A stretch of DNA of 64,000 nt from Nitrososphaerota archaeon (GCA_028867755.1 JAGWFT010000001.1:324727-388726); one strand, 5' to 3'; counted from the first letter of the stretch, positions 48,580-59,552 are shown. A program made the numbers and translations. Notes: generated by a model not told the origin, from the letters alone.

Positions 48580-49260
48580 TTAACCTACTTTCTTTAGGAA
48601 ATTCATGATAGGCTCTCTGTCCGTATCTGATAATGATGAGAATCCCTCCAATAACTCGCGATGAATCATCAATGATTCATCAAACGCCTTCTTTATCCCA
48701 TCGCTATCAAATGGAATCAATTGTTCTATCTTCCCCTTGCTGTACGACTCGACATATTTTCTTAACAACGAGGAAACAAAATTGGGAGCAACATCAAGCA
48801 ATGTGAGAATTGAGCTTTTCAGATCCTTGTCTTTTGAATTAGAGTTTTTCTCAAAAAAATCATAAATGATTTTTGGTCGCTCATTTATCATCTCTGACAA
48901 AGAGGCGGCAACCAACAAACCTCCCTCAGTTAACTGGTAATATGGAACTCCTTGCTCCTGAAGAGCTTTTGGTCCTCGTTTTATTGGAAGTCTACCAGAT
49001 TCTTGAACAATGCCCAAAGGCAAAAGAATCTCATCCAGATCCCTGAAAATTCCAGAGTAAATGTTTTGCCAAGTAGTCCCATTTTTTTCTGCCAGTTTAT
49101 GTGCTATTGCAGTTCTAGTTTTTTTCGTTGGCAAAGTTTCTAGAGCAAGATGCATAATAATTCCGCGCTGACGCATCGCCTCTCCTGTAAACTCCCCGTC
49201 CTTTGTCTTGAAGGTCTGAAAAACAGATAACCTTGGAATAGCCTTCTGCGACTTGGTCAT
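48580..49260 (-). CDS. Hypothetical winged-helix-like protein
   Basis: RTAIAHKLA...WQNIYSGIFRDLDEIL.PLGIVQE...YYQLTEGG. Confidence 0.6.
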   Translation of the reverse strand: MTKSQKAIPRLSVFQTFKTKDGEFTGEAMRQRGIIMHLALETLPTKKTRTAIAHKLAEKNGTTWQNIYSGIFRDLDEILLPLGIVQESGRLPIKRGPKALQEQGVPYYQLTEGGLLVAASLSEMINERPKIIYDFFEKNSNSKDKDLKSSILTLLDVAPNFVSSLLRKYVESYSKGKIEQLIPFDSDGIKKAFDESLMIHRELLEGFSSLSDTDREPIMNFLKKVG

Positions 49261-49551
49261 TTTACTAATTGATCTCCGTAGATTTTAGAAGAGTTACAAT
49301 ATGGAAATTAATATCTTTATGATTTATTATCATTGTTTTGTGATAGTATCATACTTTGCATGGATATAAGAATTTACGATTTTGAAAGAATTGTAACAAA
49401 TTATGACTTTTTCAGCTACAATACATAATTTGGTTACACGGAAATTCCAAGAAATATGACAGATATCCCATATCAACATCGCATGCCTATCTCTAATCAA
49501 TTGATACAATATTATGAAATGAATTTACGTTGGATAGTGTAGAGAATCCCC

Positions 49552-50328
49552 ATGTTAAAGTCTCCAGAAGAACTTGTAAAAATGATAAAAAAACCAAACT
49601 TGGTTCTAGTTGATTGCAGATCTTACAAAGAATACTCAGAAGAGCATATCACAGGTGCAGTTAACGTTGATCTGTTCTATTATCACTGGCTTGATACAAC
49701 AAGTGCTGGTGTCAAGGCGTTTGAAGCACAGATGAAAAATCTCCTCTCATTTATGGGTGTGACAAAGCAAAAGACTGTGGTATTCTATGATGATGTTGCA
49801 GGAATGAGTGCAGCTAGAGGAGTATGGCTTTTGGCGTATTTTTCACATCCAAAAACATTCATGCTAAATGGTGGATTTAAGAAATGGAAGAGTCTTGGAT
49901 TGCCAATTGAGACCAAGACAAATGGTTTCAAACCAGCCAAATTCTCTGGCAAAACCAATAAAAAAATTCTGGTCAGCTTTGAATACATCAAGAAGAACCT
50001 CAATAAAGCAAAGATAATTGATGCAAGAACACCAGATGAATACAAAGGCAAAGTCATGCGTGCAGCAAGAAAGGGCCACATACCAAATGCTGTCAACACA
50101 GATTGGACATTGAATATCAAAGAAGATGGTACCATGAAACCATTAAAAGAACTTGGCAAGTTATACCGCTTTTCAAAAAATGATGAGATCATAACCTATT
50201 GCCAAGGAGGTTATAGAGCAGCAAACTCATTTGTGGCGCTAAAAATGCTCGGCTTCAAAAATGTAAAGGTCTATCTTGGTTCCTGGGGTGAGTGGGGAAA
50301 CATGTTAGATCTCCCAGTTGAAGATTAG
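49552..50328 (+). CDS. Two-domain rhodanese/sulfurtransferase
   Basis: VDCR..EY...HI.GA, DART..EY, GHIPNA, YCQGGYRAA, YLGSWGEW. Confidence 0.93.
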   Translation: MLKSPEELVKMIKKPNLVLVDCRSYKEYSEEHITGAVNVDLFYYHWLDTTSAGVKAFEAQMKNLLSFMGVTKQKTVVFYDDVAGMSAARGVWLLAYFSHPKTFMLNGGFKKWKSLGLPIETKTNGFKPAKFSGKTNKKILVSFEYIKKNLNKAKIIDARTPDEYKGKVMRAARKGHIPNAVNTDWTLNIKEDGTMKPLKELGKLYRFSKNDEIITYCQGGYRAANSFVALKMLGFKNVKVYLGSWGEWGNMLDLPVED

Positions 50329-50459
50329 GCAATTCTAGATATTGTAATACGGCAAAATGATGTACGATGATCGCACCATGAATTTTCATATTTTTTTGAA
50401 AAAATGAACCGAGGCTTTGTAAGAATTAGCTTAATATACCGTCGGCAAATGAGCCTTAA

Positions 50460-50807
50460 TTGATGGTGCTGAACAAGCGTTCCAAATTATCGCTTATCAT
50501 CATAACAGCGGGGTTGACGATCGGATTATCAACCTTCTTTACAACTCATTCTGCCTTTGCTGCAGACACTAGTGCTACAAGCAGCGGTTTGACTAAACCA
50601 TTACTTGCTATTGCTGCAGCTATTGCAATTGCAGGTGGTTTGATAGGTACTGGTAATGCACAGCAAGGTATTGGTGCTGCCGGTATGGGTATCATTGCAG
50701 AGAAGCCGGAGAAGTTTGGTCAGGTGCTATTCTTCTTCGTCATTCCCGAAACATTATGGATCATCGGATTCGTATTGGGAATCATCTTACTGCTAGGTAT
50801 CCTGTAG
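50460..50807 (+). CDS. atpK: V/A-type ATPase proteolipid subunit K (c) with N-terminal leader
   Basis: Single hairpin with ion-binding Glu in VIPETLW; GIGAAGMG glycine motif. Confidence 0.93.
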   Translation: MMVLNKRSKLSLIIITAGLTIGLSTFFTTHSAFAADTSATSSGLTKPLLAIAAAIAIAGGLIGTGNAQQGIGAAGMGIIAEKPEKFGQVLFFFVIPETLWIIGFVLGIILLLGIL

Positions 50808-50818
50808 TGGTTTCAGTA

Positions 50819-51373
50819 ATGAGCATAGAGACTTTCCTCCTTGAGATAGAGAATAGAAAGAAAAGAGAGATTGACACCCTTGACAAAGACCTAGCAGAAA
50901 AGAAATCAAAACTTCAAACAGAATTAAATTTCACTGTTAAGGACATCCAAGAAAAGTTTGCAAACGAGGCAAAGGTCAAGTCAGAAAGAGAATATGCAAG
51001 AATAATTGAAGCTGGAAAGCTTCAGGCAAAAAAGATCATGTTTGACGCTATCAACACAAACATGCAATCGGCATTTAACGTTATTACAAAAGAAATTGAA
51101 AATTATACCAATAGTCCTCAATACAAAAAAGCCCTTGAAACCATGGTAAACAGCTCAAAGAAAAAACTAGGACAAAACATTGTTGTCCACTGCCGTGATG
51201 CAGACAAATCATTATTGAAAGACATGGGAATAACAATAGGCAAGTCAATTAAAACTCTTGGTGGCATAGTTGCAGAAAACAAGGAAGGAACAAAAGAACT
51301 CGATCTTACTTTTGAAGAATTACTCCGAACCAATGAAGACCAAATCAAAAGTTTTCTCTCGGAGAGAATCTAG
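50819..51373 (+). CDS. atpE: V/A-type ATPase subunit E
   Basis: Coiled-coil N-terminus, GGIVAE...DLTFEELL; ATG at 50819 preferred over 50756. Confidence 0.88.
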   Translation: MSIETFLLEIENRKKREIDTLDKDLAEKKSKLQTELNFTVKDIQEKFANEAKVKSEREYARIIEAGKLQAKKIMFDAINTNMQSAFNVITKEIENYTNSPQYKKALETMVNSSKKKLGQNIVVHCRDADKSLLKDMGITIGKSIKTLGGIVAENKEGTKELDLTFEELLRTNEDQIKSFLSERI

Positions 51374-52441
51374 TTGCCAACATCGCAATATGCATCATCC
51401 TTTGGCAGACTACAAGCATTTTCCCTGAACCTCCTCTCAAAAGAAGCAATACAGAATCTGATGAAGGCAAAAGACGAAGGAGAGATGGTAAAGATTCTCG
51501 AGTCTACTTGGTATGGCCCGGAAATTGAAAAGGCTGCCACTCTATTCAAAGACACAGACCTTTTGGAGGTTGCACTAAACAGGCAGCTAGTTCTTGTAAA
51601 CAAGATTGCCCTAGAGGCCACACCGTTTAATGGCAAGTCTGCAGTACGTGCATATCTTTCAAAGTGGGATATTTACAACATAGAACTAATATTGTCATCA
51701 AAAAGCATGGGTAGAACAATCACTGAGGTAGAATCATTTCTGGTGTCAAGCAGAAATGTACCAGCAGGAATCTCTGCAGGAAATATTCCTCATGATGACA
51801 TGAAGGTTATACTTTCACAGAACAATGTGGAAGGAGTTGTAAATCAACTAGTCAAGTACAATTATGGCACTATTCTAATGCAGCATCTTGAGACATATCA
51901 AAAGACAGGAGATCAAGGACCAATGATGTCAGCCCTGCAGACTTACTATTATCAGAATCTATTAGAATCACTCAAGTTCTTCCAAGGAGATGAAGGAACA
52001 ATTAGAGATCTCTTTAGGACAGAAATTGACAAAAAGAATGTTCTAAGCACTCTAAAGGCAAAAGAATCCAATCTTGACAAAGACCTGCTAGGAAAACACA
52101 TTGTAGATGGAGGAAAGATCTCAAAAAACGAACTCTTGGAGATCTATAACGCAAAGGACGTGCCAGAAATCATAGGCAGAATAGAAAATCGCTTTATGTT
52201 AGTTAACGCATTGGCTCAATACAAGAAATCAAAAAGTCTGATTGATTTTGAAGTTGCTTTGGATAAATTCATAAATTCCGAATATGTGAACAAGTTGAAA
52301 AATATTGCATTATCAATTGGAACAATATTCTACTTTATTCTCAAGATGGAACAGGAGCGAGAAAATATCAAAAGAATCGCATATGGAAAACGCTATAACC
52401 TGTCTGCAGAACAGATCAATTCATTATTGCTAATAGAGTGA
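51374..52441 (+). CDS. atpC: V/A-type ATPase subunit C (d)
   Basis: Operon position; WDIYNI..IL, E..NIKRIAYGK. Confidence 0.88.
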   Translation: MPTSQYASSFGRLQAFSLNLLSKEAIQNLMKAKDEGEMVKILESTWYGPEIEKAATLFKDTDLLEVALNRQLVLVNKIALEATPFNGKSAVRAYLSKWDIYNIELILSSKSMGRTITEVESFLVSSRNVPAGISAGNIPHDDMKVILSQNNVEGVVNQLVKYNYGTILMQHLETYQKTGDQGPMMSALQTYYYQNLLESLKFFQGDEGTIRDLFRTEIDKKNVLSTLKAKESNLDKDLLGKHIVDGGKISKNELLEIYNAKDVPEIIGRIENRFMLVNALAQYKKSKSLIDFEVALDKFINSEYVNKLKNIALSIGTIFYFILKMEQERENIKRIAYGKRYNLSAEQINSLLLIE

Positions 52442-52445
52442 TACA

Positions 52446-52784
52446 ATGTCAACACAAAAAACCCAATCAAGTGGCAGAATCGCAGTAGCAGGAGAACGTG
52501 AGCTTGTGATAGGGTACAGACTGCTTGGGATCGAGGACACCTTTGTAGTAAGTGGCGAAGATGCTAGCAAAACTATCCAAGACCTGTATTCGTCAGGAAA
52601 GTTCAGTCTCATAATTGCAAGCGATTCTGTAAGAAGTACACTTCCAGCAATATTTAGAAAAAAGATCGAGGCATCAATAGAACCACTAGTTTTGTTCATG
52701 CCAGCTCTGGAAGGAAACATTCAAGAAGAGTCAATTGCGGCACTGGCAAAGAGAGTGTTAGGAATAAGTATCCCTACAAGTTGA
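52446..52784 (+). CDS. atpF: V/A-type ATPase subunit F
   Basis: IAVAGERELVIGYRLLGI. Confidence 0.9.
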   Translation: MSTQKTQSSGRIAVAGERELVIGYRLLGIEDTFVVSGEDASKTIQDLYSSGKFSLIIASDSVRSTLPAIFRKKIEASIEPLVLFMPALEGNIQEESIAALAKRVLGISIPTS

Positions 52785-52793
52785 TGATATTAA

Positions 52794-54557
52794 ATGAGTG
52801 ATGGAATAATTTCAAGAATTTCAGGTCCGGTAGTTATCGCTAGTGGACTTGAGGGCGCTCAAATGTTCGATGTCGTACGTATAGGTGACATGGGACTAGT
52901 CGGTGAAATAATCAGACTAGAGGGAAACAAGGCAACAGTACAAGTTTATGAGGATACCACAGGTTTACGCCCAGGCGAGAAAGTAACCAACACAAAAAGA
53001 CCACTTTCCATGCAGCTTGGCCCTGGCCTGCTTACTTCTATTTATGATGGAATTCAAAGACCACTTGATGTTCTAAGAGAACAAAGTGGTGACTTTATCA
53101 GCAGAGGAAAGGTGATCCCTGCTCTTGATCAAACCAAAAAATGGGACTTTGTTCCATTGAAGAAAAAGGGAGATACTGTTTCTCCAGGTGAGATAATTGG
53201 TGAGGTTCAGGAAACTCCGCTCATCATGCACAAGATAATGGTACCATACAATATTGAGGGCCAGTTATCAGAAATTTCTGAGGGCAAGTTTACAGTTAAC
53301 GATATTGTTGCAACTATACAAAACAGTGTCAAAACTGACATTGGTCTTTCAAGCTGGTGGACTGTAAGAACTCCAAGACCAGTTCTCAGAAAGCTAGCGC
53401 CTGAAGAACCACTGCTCACAGGCCAAAGAGTACTTGATACGTTCTTTCCTGTTGCAAAGGGTGGAACAGCTGCAATTCCAGGTCCATTTGGAAGTGGAAA
53501 GACAGTAACTCAACAGCAGCTTGCCAAGTGGGCAGACAGCAATGTTATCGTGTATGTAGGTTGTGGAGAGAGAGGAAACGAGATGACCGAAGTTCTTTCA
53601 ACTTTTCCAAAACTCGAAGACCCCAAATCAAAGAGACCTTTGATGGAACGTACAATTCTTGTAGCTAATACTTCTAACATGCCTGTAGCAGCAAGAGAAG
53701 CAAGCATCTACACTGGAATCACAATGGGTGAATACTATCGTGATATGGGTTATGGTGTTGCCTTGATGGCAGACAGTACTTCCAGATGGGCAGAGGCACT
53801 AAGAGAAATTTCAGGTAGATTAGAAGAGATGCCAGGTGAGGAAGGATATCCAGCTTATCTTGGAAGAAGACTTGCAGAATTTTATGAAAGAGGAGGAAAG
53901 GCAATTGTTATCTCTCCAGAAGAGCGTGTTGGTTCTCTTACTCTTGTCGGTGCAGTTTCACCTCCAGGCGGAGACTTTTCAGAACCAGTCTCTCAGAACA
54001 CACTTAGAGTAACTCGAGTTTTCTGGGCACTTGATGCAAGCTTGGCATCAAGAAGACACTTTCCATCAATTAACTGGCTTACAAGTTATTCATTATATGC
54101 AGATGGCATGGGCGATTGGTACAAGAAGAATGTTGCAGCAGAATGGGTTGCATTAAGAAAGGAGGCACTTGAAATATTGCAAAAAGAATCCGAGTTGCAA
54201 GAAATTGTTCAGCTAGTAGGTTATGATGCATTGCCAGAACCAGAAAAGGGTGTTCTTGATACGGCACGAGCAATCAGAGAAGACTATTTGCAACAAAGTG
54301 CATACGATGACGTGGATACATACACATCAATTAGAAAACAATTCCTAATGTTAGCTGCAATCATAGATTTTGGCAAAAAGGAAACAGAAGCAATCAAGAA
54401 AGGAATTACATCCACAAGGATAGGGTCATTAGAATCAAGAAAGATGATATCAAAAATAAAATGGACAAAAGAAGATCAAGTTGAACAACTAATCAAGGAC
54501 TTTAGAAATAAAATGGAGCAAGAATTTAACAGTCTCTTATTGGAGGTTACGCATTAG
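52794..54557 (+). CDS. atpA: V/A-type ATPase catalytic subunit A
   Basis: GPFGSGKTV Walker A, GCGERGNEMTE, DSTSRWAEALRE. Confidence 0.98.
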   Translation: MSDGIISRISGPVVIASGLEGAQMFDVVRIGDMGLVGEIIRLEGNKATVQVYEDTTGLRPGEKVTNTKRPLSMQLGPGLLTSIYDGIQRPLDVLREQSGDFISRGKVIPALDQTKKWDFVPLKKKGDTVSPGEIIGEVQETPLIMHKIMVPYNIEGQLSEISEGKFTVNDIVATIQNSVKTDIGLSSWWTVRTPRPVLRKLAPEEPLLTGQRVLDTFFPVAKGGTAAIPGPFGSGKTVTQQQLAKWADSNVIVYVGCGERGNEMTEVLSTFPKLEDPKSKRPLMERTILVANTSNMPVAAREASIYTGITMGEYYRDMGYGVALMADSTSRWAEALREISGRLEEMPGEEGYPAYLGRRLAEFYERGGKAIVISPEERVGSLTLVGAVSPPGGDFSEPVSQNTLRVTRVFWALDASLASRRHFPSINWLTSYSLYADGMGDWYKKNVAAEWVALRKEALEILQKESELQEIVQLVGYDALPEPEKGVLDTARAIREDYLQQSAYDDVDTYTSIRKQFLMLAAIIDFGKKETEAIKKGITSTRIGSLESRKMISKIKWTKEDQVEQLIKDFRNKMEQEFNSLLLEVTH

Positions 54558-55949
54558 ATGTCTACCATATCATACAAGACAGTAGACAAGATTGCAGGTC
54601 CACTGATGTTTGTACAAGGGGTAGATAATGCTGCTTATGGCGAAATGGTAGAAATAAAACTTGTAAATGGAGAAAGAAGACAAGGACAGGTTCTTGATAC
54701 AAGACAGGGACTTGCAGTAGTTCAGGTATTTGGCTCAACCATGGGATTGAATATTGGTGGAACTTCAGCCAAGTTCCTTGGAGAGACTGCACAGATGTCA
54801 GTATCTGATGATATGCTTGGCAGAGTCTTTGATGGTCTAGGAAATCCAAAAGACAATGGTCCGAAGATCGTCTCAAAACACAAAGTCGATTTGGTCGGCT
54901 CTGGTATCAATCCATATTCAAGAGAAGAACCATCCGAGTTCATTCAAACCGGCATGTCCAACATAGATGCAATGAATACCCTTGTAAGAGGTCAGAAGCT
55001 CCCAGTTTTCTCAGGTGCCGGTCTTCCTCACAACCTACTTGCATCACAAATTGCAAGACAAGCCAAAGTTCTTGGTGGTTCTGAGAACTTTTCAGTAGTC
55101 TTTGCAGCAATGGGAATTACAAGTGAAGAGGCAAACTTTTTCGTAAAACAATTTGAAGAAAGCGGTGCACTTGGTAGAACCTCACTTTTTCTGAACTTGT
55201 CATCTGATCCATCAATGGAACGTTTGCTTACTCCAAGACTTGCATTAACTACAGCAGAATATCTAGCATATGAAAGAGACATGCATGTGCTGGTAATCAT
55301 GACTGATATGACAAACTATTGTGAAGCATTAAGAGAAATTTCAGCTGCAAGAGAAGAAGTTCCTGGCAGAAGAGGATATCCAGGTTACATGTATACTGAC
55401 TTGTCATCTCTCTACGAAAGAGCAGGCAAGATTAAGGGCAGACATGGTTCTGTTACACAGATTCCAATTCTAACCATGCCTGCAGATGATATCACACATC
55501 CAATTCCAGATCTTACAGGTTACATTACTGAAGGACAAATTGTCATGAGCAGAGATCTTCACAGAGGAGACATCCATCCTCCGGTGGATGTCTTGACCAG
55601 CCTTTCGCGTTTGATGAATCAAGGTATAGGAAAGGGAAGGACAAGAGAAGATCATCGAAGTCTTGCAGACCAACTTTATTCCACCTATGCACAAGGCAAG
55701 GATGCAAGATCACTTGCAGCTATCGTAGGTGAAGAGGCATTAAGTGATCTTGACAGAAAATTCCTAAAGGTAGCTAACAACTTTGAAAGAAAGTTTGTCA
55801 ATCAAGGGATGGATGAAAATAGATCAATTGAACAGACTTTGGATATTGGCTGGGAACTGCTTGATGAACTTTCAGATTCTGAATTGAATCGTATCAAGCC
55901 TGAATTTATCGAGAAATACCGAAAGAGGACTAGCCCAGGTGGAAAGTAG
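54558..55949 (+). CDS. atpB: V/A-type ATPase subunit B
   Basis: [34 protein letters not shown]. Confidence 0.98.
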   Translation: MSTISYKTVDKIAGPLMFVQGVDNAAYGEMVEIKLVNGERRQGQVLDTRQGLAVVQVFGSTMGLNIGGTSAKFLGETAQMSVSDDMLGRVFDGLGNPKDNGPKIVSKHKVDLVGSGINPYSREEPSEFIQTGMSNIDAMNTLVRGQKLPVFSGAGLPHNLLASQIARQAKVLGGSENFSVVFAAMGITSEEANFFVKQFEESGALGRTSLFLNLSSDPSMERLLTPRLALTTAEYLAYERDMHVLVIMTDMTNYCEALREISAAREEVPGRRGYPGYMYTDLSSLYERAGKIKGRHGSVTQIPILTMPADDITHPIPDLTGYITEGQIVMSRDLHRGDIHPPVDVLTSLSRLMNQGIGKGRTREDHRSLADQLYSTYAQGKDARSLAAIVGEEALSDLDRKFLKVANNFERKFVNQGMDENRSIEQTLDIGWELLDELSDSELNRIKPEFIEKYRKRTSPGGK

Positions 55950-55951
55950 GA

Positions 55952-56620
55952 TTGCCATCAGCAATTAACATCAGACCCACTCGACTTGAATACATCCGCA
56001 CAAAAAAAAGAATAAAGATAGCACAAAAAGGTCTAAAGTTACTAAAACTAAAAAGACAAGCTCTGATTTTAGAATTTTTCAATACTAGCAAAACTGCTGC
56101 CTCTCTGAGAAGTGCCTTGCAAGTAGAACTGATCAAGGGTTATCAGAGTATAAGGATGGCAGAGATGCTGGCAGGCTCCATGAGACTGGAAAATGAGGCA
56201 ATGAAAATTCCACAGCTTAGCAAATTACAAATCACTTCAAAAAATGTAATGGGCGTTAGAATTCCAAAGATTGGCGGGGGCCAGAGTAATCAAGCTCTCA
56301 CAGAGCATTTGTTAGAATTACCACCATCAATTAACGAAGCAATAAAGGCTTACCAAAATGTCCACAATATGGTACTTGAGGTGGCAGAAAAAGAAACTGC
56401 ATTGCGCAAACTTTTGTTAGAGATAGAAAAGACAAAACGCAAATCAAATGCAATTGAAAACGTATTCATACCAAGATTACTTGCTGCTGTCAAGTTCATT
56501 ATTTTCAGATTAGATGAGATGGAACGCGATACTTTCATTATGCTAAAGACAGTCAAGCGAAAGATGGGAGAAAGAGAACAGGAAGCAAAGCTCAAAAAGG
56601 AGAAGGAGATAGTTGCCTAG
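55952..56620 (+). CDS. atpD: V/A-type ATPase subunit D
   Basis: PTRLE...GLKLLKLKRQAL, KTKRKSNAIENVFIP. Confidence 0.95.
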   Translation: MPSAINIRPTRLEYIRTKKRIKIAQKGLKLLKLKRQALILEFFNTSKTAASLRSALQVELIKGYQSIRMAEMLAGSMRLENEAMKIPQLSKLQITSKNVMGVRIPKIGGGQSNQALTEHLLELPPSINEAIKAYQNVHNMVLEVAEKETALRKLLLEIEKTKRKSNAIENVFIPRLLAAVKFIIFRLDEMERDTFIMLKTVKRKMGEREQEAKLKKEKEIVA

Positions 56621-56657
56621 CTTTAAAAACGCACAACAAAGAAAGTTTTACTTGATA

Positions 56658-56738
56658 ATGAGGTTCTTCAAGTTTGGAAATATTTTTGGAACTGTCGCTT
56701 TGGTATTGTACGCAGGCAGGCACTTTCTAGGAGTTTAA
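56658..56738 (+). CDS. Possible 26-aa hydrophobic peptide inside the ATPase operon
   Basis: Hand translation MRFFKFGNIFGTVALVLYAGRHFLGV; stop is 1 nt before the atpH ATG; TTTAAAAA at 56622. Confidence 0.35.
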   Translation: MRFFKFGNIFGTVALVLYAGRHFLGV

Positions 56739-56739
56739 A

Positions 56740-57063
56740 ATGTCAACTGCAGAAAAATACGTTCATTCTCTCAAGCAGATAAAAGAAGCAGAGGATAGAA
56801 CGCAAACACAAATTGAGGAACACAAGAAAAAAGCTTCAGAAGAATTTAGAAATTTTGAAAGTCAGATATCTAGAACAATCACTACTGCAAAGGTTGATGG
56901 CGAAAAATTGGTGGAATCAAATGTGGAACAATCACGAAAAAAATCCACAGCAGAGACAGAAAAGATAATTGATGATGCGACAAACAAATCAAAAACAATC
57001 TCTGCTAGAATTGACGCAAAAACCGTGCAAGAAATAATAGATATTTTGTTAAAAGAGGTATAG
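56740..57063 (+). CDS. atpH: V/A-type ATPase peripheral stalk subunit H (G)
   Basis: Charged coiled coil IKEAEDR...; lies before subunit I. Confidence 0.8.
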   Translation: MSTAEKYVHSLKQIKEAEDRTQTQIEEHKKKASEEFRNFESQISRTITTAKVDGEKLVESNVEQSRKKSTAETEKIIDDATNKSKTISARIDAKTVQEIIDILLKEV

Positions 57064-57066
57064 ATT

Positions 57067-59082
57067 TTGGTTCTAAAACCTGTACCAATGGCACGCATTG
57101 CGGTGCTTGGCCTAAGAAAAGACAGGCAAACCATAGTCTCAATTCTTCACGATCTAAATGCAGTTCAACTCGAACCACTGTCAAAAGACGTTGCATCTTT
57201 ACTCAGAAATGAGCGAGATGACGGCGTATACAGACAAGTCTCAGATCAACTTTTACGAATGAAGTCTTTGAGAACCATTCTACCACCAATCCAGGCTACA
57301 CAATGCCAAAGGTTTGGTTCTATAGACCAGCTTCTAAATGAAACAAAATCTATCGATATAGACAACAACGTTGCATCACTAGAGCGAGAAAAGGAAAGCC
57401 TTCTGACACATCTCAAGGAGACTGAAAACCATATCAATCTAGTTGAAGAGTTCTCGTTTTTCCCAGAAGACTTTAACGTATTACAACTCTCGTCAGCACA
57501 TTCCTATTTTGGCAGAATAGAACCAAAGAAGTTTCCTGGCTTTAAGCAGGCACTAGAAGTAAACAGCCAGGATGTGTTCCTTTATTCAAAAGAGGGAAAA
57601 TCTACAACACAAATTATTCTAGTTACTTTTCCAAACTTTCCTCCACATGCATTGTCTACTGTGGTTCAAGAGTACAATGTCAAACTTGAGGCAGTTCCAA
57701 AATTAAAAGGAAAGGTAGCTGAACTAAGCCAAAGTCTAAAGAACAGACAAAATGAGATCACTCAGAAAATAAATGAAATTAATAAAAAGCTAGGGGAAAT
57801 CTCAAAGAATCATTATGTAAACATTGTATGCCTCGAAGAACAACTCGAAATTGAGAACAAAAAACTTGAGATCGCAGATAATCTGGGAGTTACTTCAGAC
57901 TCTTTTGCTTTAGAAGGCTGGATTCCAAAGTCAAAGGTAAACCAACTAAAAGATGGTCTTGAACAGCATGCCAAAGGCACGCTACTTTTCGAGCTGGAAA
58001 CAGATGAGAATCCACCAACATTATTTGACAATCCAAAGAGATTCAAACTGTTTGAGGCCTTTATCAGGTTCTATTCATTGCCGTCAGGAAAGGAATTTGA
58101 TCCCACACTAATCTTCGGAACTCTCTTTCCAATATTTTATGGACTGATGATAGGAGATTTTGGTTATGGGCTTGTTATACTGCTTGTCTGCAGATGGGTA
58201 ATTCGAAGAGTAGAGGGCGGAAAGAGGAACTTTAACATCATGCCAACGCCATTGCGCAAGTTTGCATTAACAATACTAAAACCACGACAAATGGTAAAGC
58301 TGGCAAAGGCAATGACACCTGGCGCAATCATTGCAATGGGATTGGGATTTGTGTTTAACCTGTATTTTGGATTCCATCCTAACGTATACCTGTTCAGCTA
58401 TCTCAACACTACACTTGGAATGCACTTGCCTGCAAGCGGAGCATTCTTTGATCCTATTACTGGACTGCGAAAACTATTGCTTATAGCTGGATACATCGGA
58501 CTTGGCATGGTAACGTTTGGATTGATTCTTGGTATACTCAATACCATAAGAGAAGGTGCAAAAAAACATGCAATAGGAAAGATGGGCTGGCTGCTCTTTG
58601 GATGGGGAGTTGTCCTCACCGGACTGGCGCTATTGCATCACCAACATATCAATCCAGTTCATCACGTGGAGGGAATTGGCTATGTTGGCCTAATGCTTGC
58701 TGGAATTGGTCTCATGTTTTACGGTGAGGGTGTAAGGGCAATTATGGAACTGCCGTCCATAGTGAGCCACATTCTGTCATATACCAGACTTGTTGGAATC
58801 TTACTTGCGTCTGTCATCTTAGCTGATGTGATTGACTTTATTTTTATCAAGACTTTGCATCACTCGATACCTTTCATTATACTTGGAACAATCATAATTT
58901 TCATTGGACACATATTCAATATTATAATAGGTGTCTTTGAGCCTGGCATTCAGGGAGCAAGATTGGTCTACGTGGAATTTTTCTCCAAATTTTACCATGG
59001 TAACGGAAAATCATTCCGACCATTTGGAACAACAAGAAAATATACCTATGATCAGTACGAGCTAAAGGCCAAAGAAAAGTAA
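57067..59082 (+). CDS. atpI: V/A-type ATPase membrane subunit I (a)
   Basis: LEGWIP, PPTLFDNP, DFGYG, ILSYTRL (essential Arg), RLVYVEFFSKFY. Confidence 0.95.
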   Translation: MVLKPVPMARIAVLGLRKDRQTIVSILHDLNAVQLEPLSKDVASLLRNERDDGVYRQVSDQLLRMKSLRTILPPIQATQCQRFGSIDQLLNETKSIDIDNNVASLEREKESLLTHLKETENHINLVEEFSFFPEDFNVLQLSSAHSYFGRIEPKKFPGFKQALEVNSQDVFLYSKEGKSTTQIILVTFPNFPPHALSTVVQEYNVKLEAVPKLKGKVAELSQSLKNRQNEITQKINEINKKLGEISKNHYVNIVCLEEQLEIENKKLEIADNLGVTSDSFALEGWIPKSKVNQLKDGLEQHAKGTLLFELETDENPPTLFDNPKRFKLFEAFIRFYSLPSGKEFDPTLIFGTLFPIFYGLMIGDFGYGLVILLVCRWVIRRVEGGKRNFNIMPTPLRKFALTILKPRQMVKLAKAMTPGAIIAMGLGFVFNLYFGFHPNVYLFSYLNTTLGMHLPASGAFFDPITGLRKLLLIAGYIGLGMVTFGLILGILNTIREGAKKHAIGKMGWLLFGWGVVLTGLALLHHQHINPVHHVEGIGYVGLMLAGIGLMFYGEGVRAIMELPSIVSHILSYTRLVGILLASVILADVIDFIFIKTLHHSIPFIILGTIIIFIGHIFNIIIGVFEPGIQGARLVYVEFFSKFYHGNGKSFRPFGTTRKYTYDQYELKAKEK

Positions 59083-59090
59083 TTCTAAAA

Positions 59091-59552
59091 TTAATAGTAT
59101 TTTAATTCGTTAACATCAAGTATTCTGGTACAGAATCTGCACCTTAGAACAAGTCCACTCTTGTCCACAACATCCATCACAGGCTCGATGTCTTCATCAC
59201 TATTTGAAATACAGTCAGGATTTGAACACTTGAAAATTCGTTCTATCTCATTTGGTAATGTTACGCGTCTTTTTTCAACTAGCTTGTATTCCTTGATTAT
59301 GTTCACAGTTGCCTTTGGTGCAATGAGTGCAAGTTTGTTGGTGTCAGAGTCTTGAAGAAATCTATTCTCCACCTTTATGACGTCTTTTTTTGCAACCTTT
59401 GAGCTTGGAACGTTGAGTGCTATTGTAATTACATTGCCGTCCTTTCCGTCTATACCAAGTGCACTTAGTACCTTGAGGCCCTTCCCGGATTCAACATGAT
59501 CAATCACGGTGCCATTTTTGATTTTTCGAACGATCAGGTCTGATTCTGACAT
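59091..59552 (-). CDS. pyrI: Aspartate carbamoyltransferase regulatory subunit
   Basis: IKNGTVIDH, CSNPDCISN, CRFC; ATG at 59552 preferred over 59696. Confidence 0.95.
   Translation of the reverse strand: MSESDLIVRKIKNGTVIDHVESGKGLKVLSALGIDGKDGNVITIALNVPSSKVAKKDVIKVENRFLQDSDTNKLALIAPKATVNIIKEYKLVEKRRVTLPNEIERIFKCSNPDCISNSDEDIEPVMDVVDKSGLVLRCRFCTRILDVNELKYY

Noticed and set aside
49261-49551. AT-rich 290-bp gap as a replication origin or small RNA
   Set aside because: No cdc6/orc1 neighbour, no recognisable ORB repeats and no clear hairpin. Only a 22-codon ORF with no distinguishing features.
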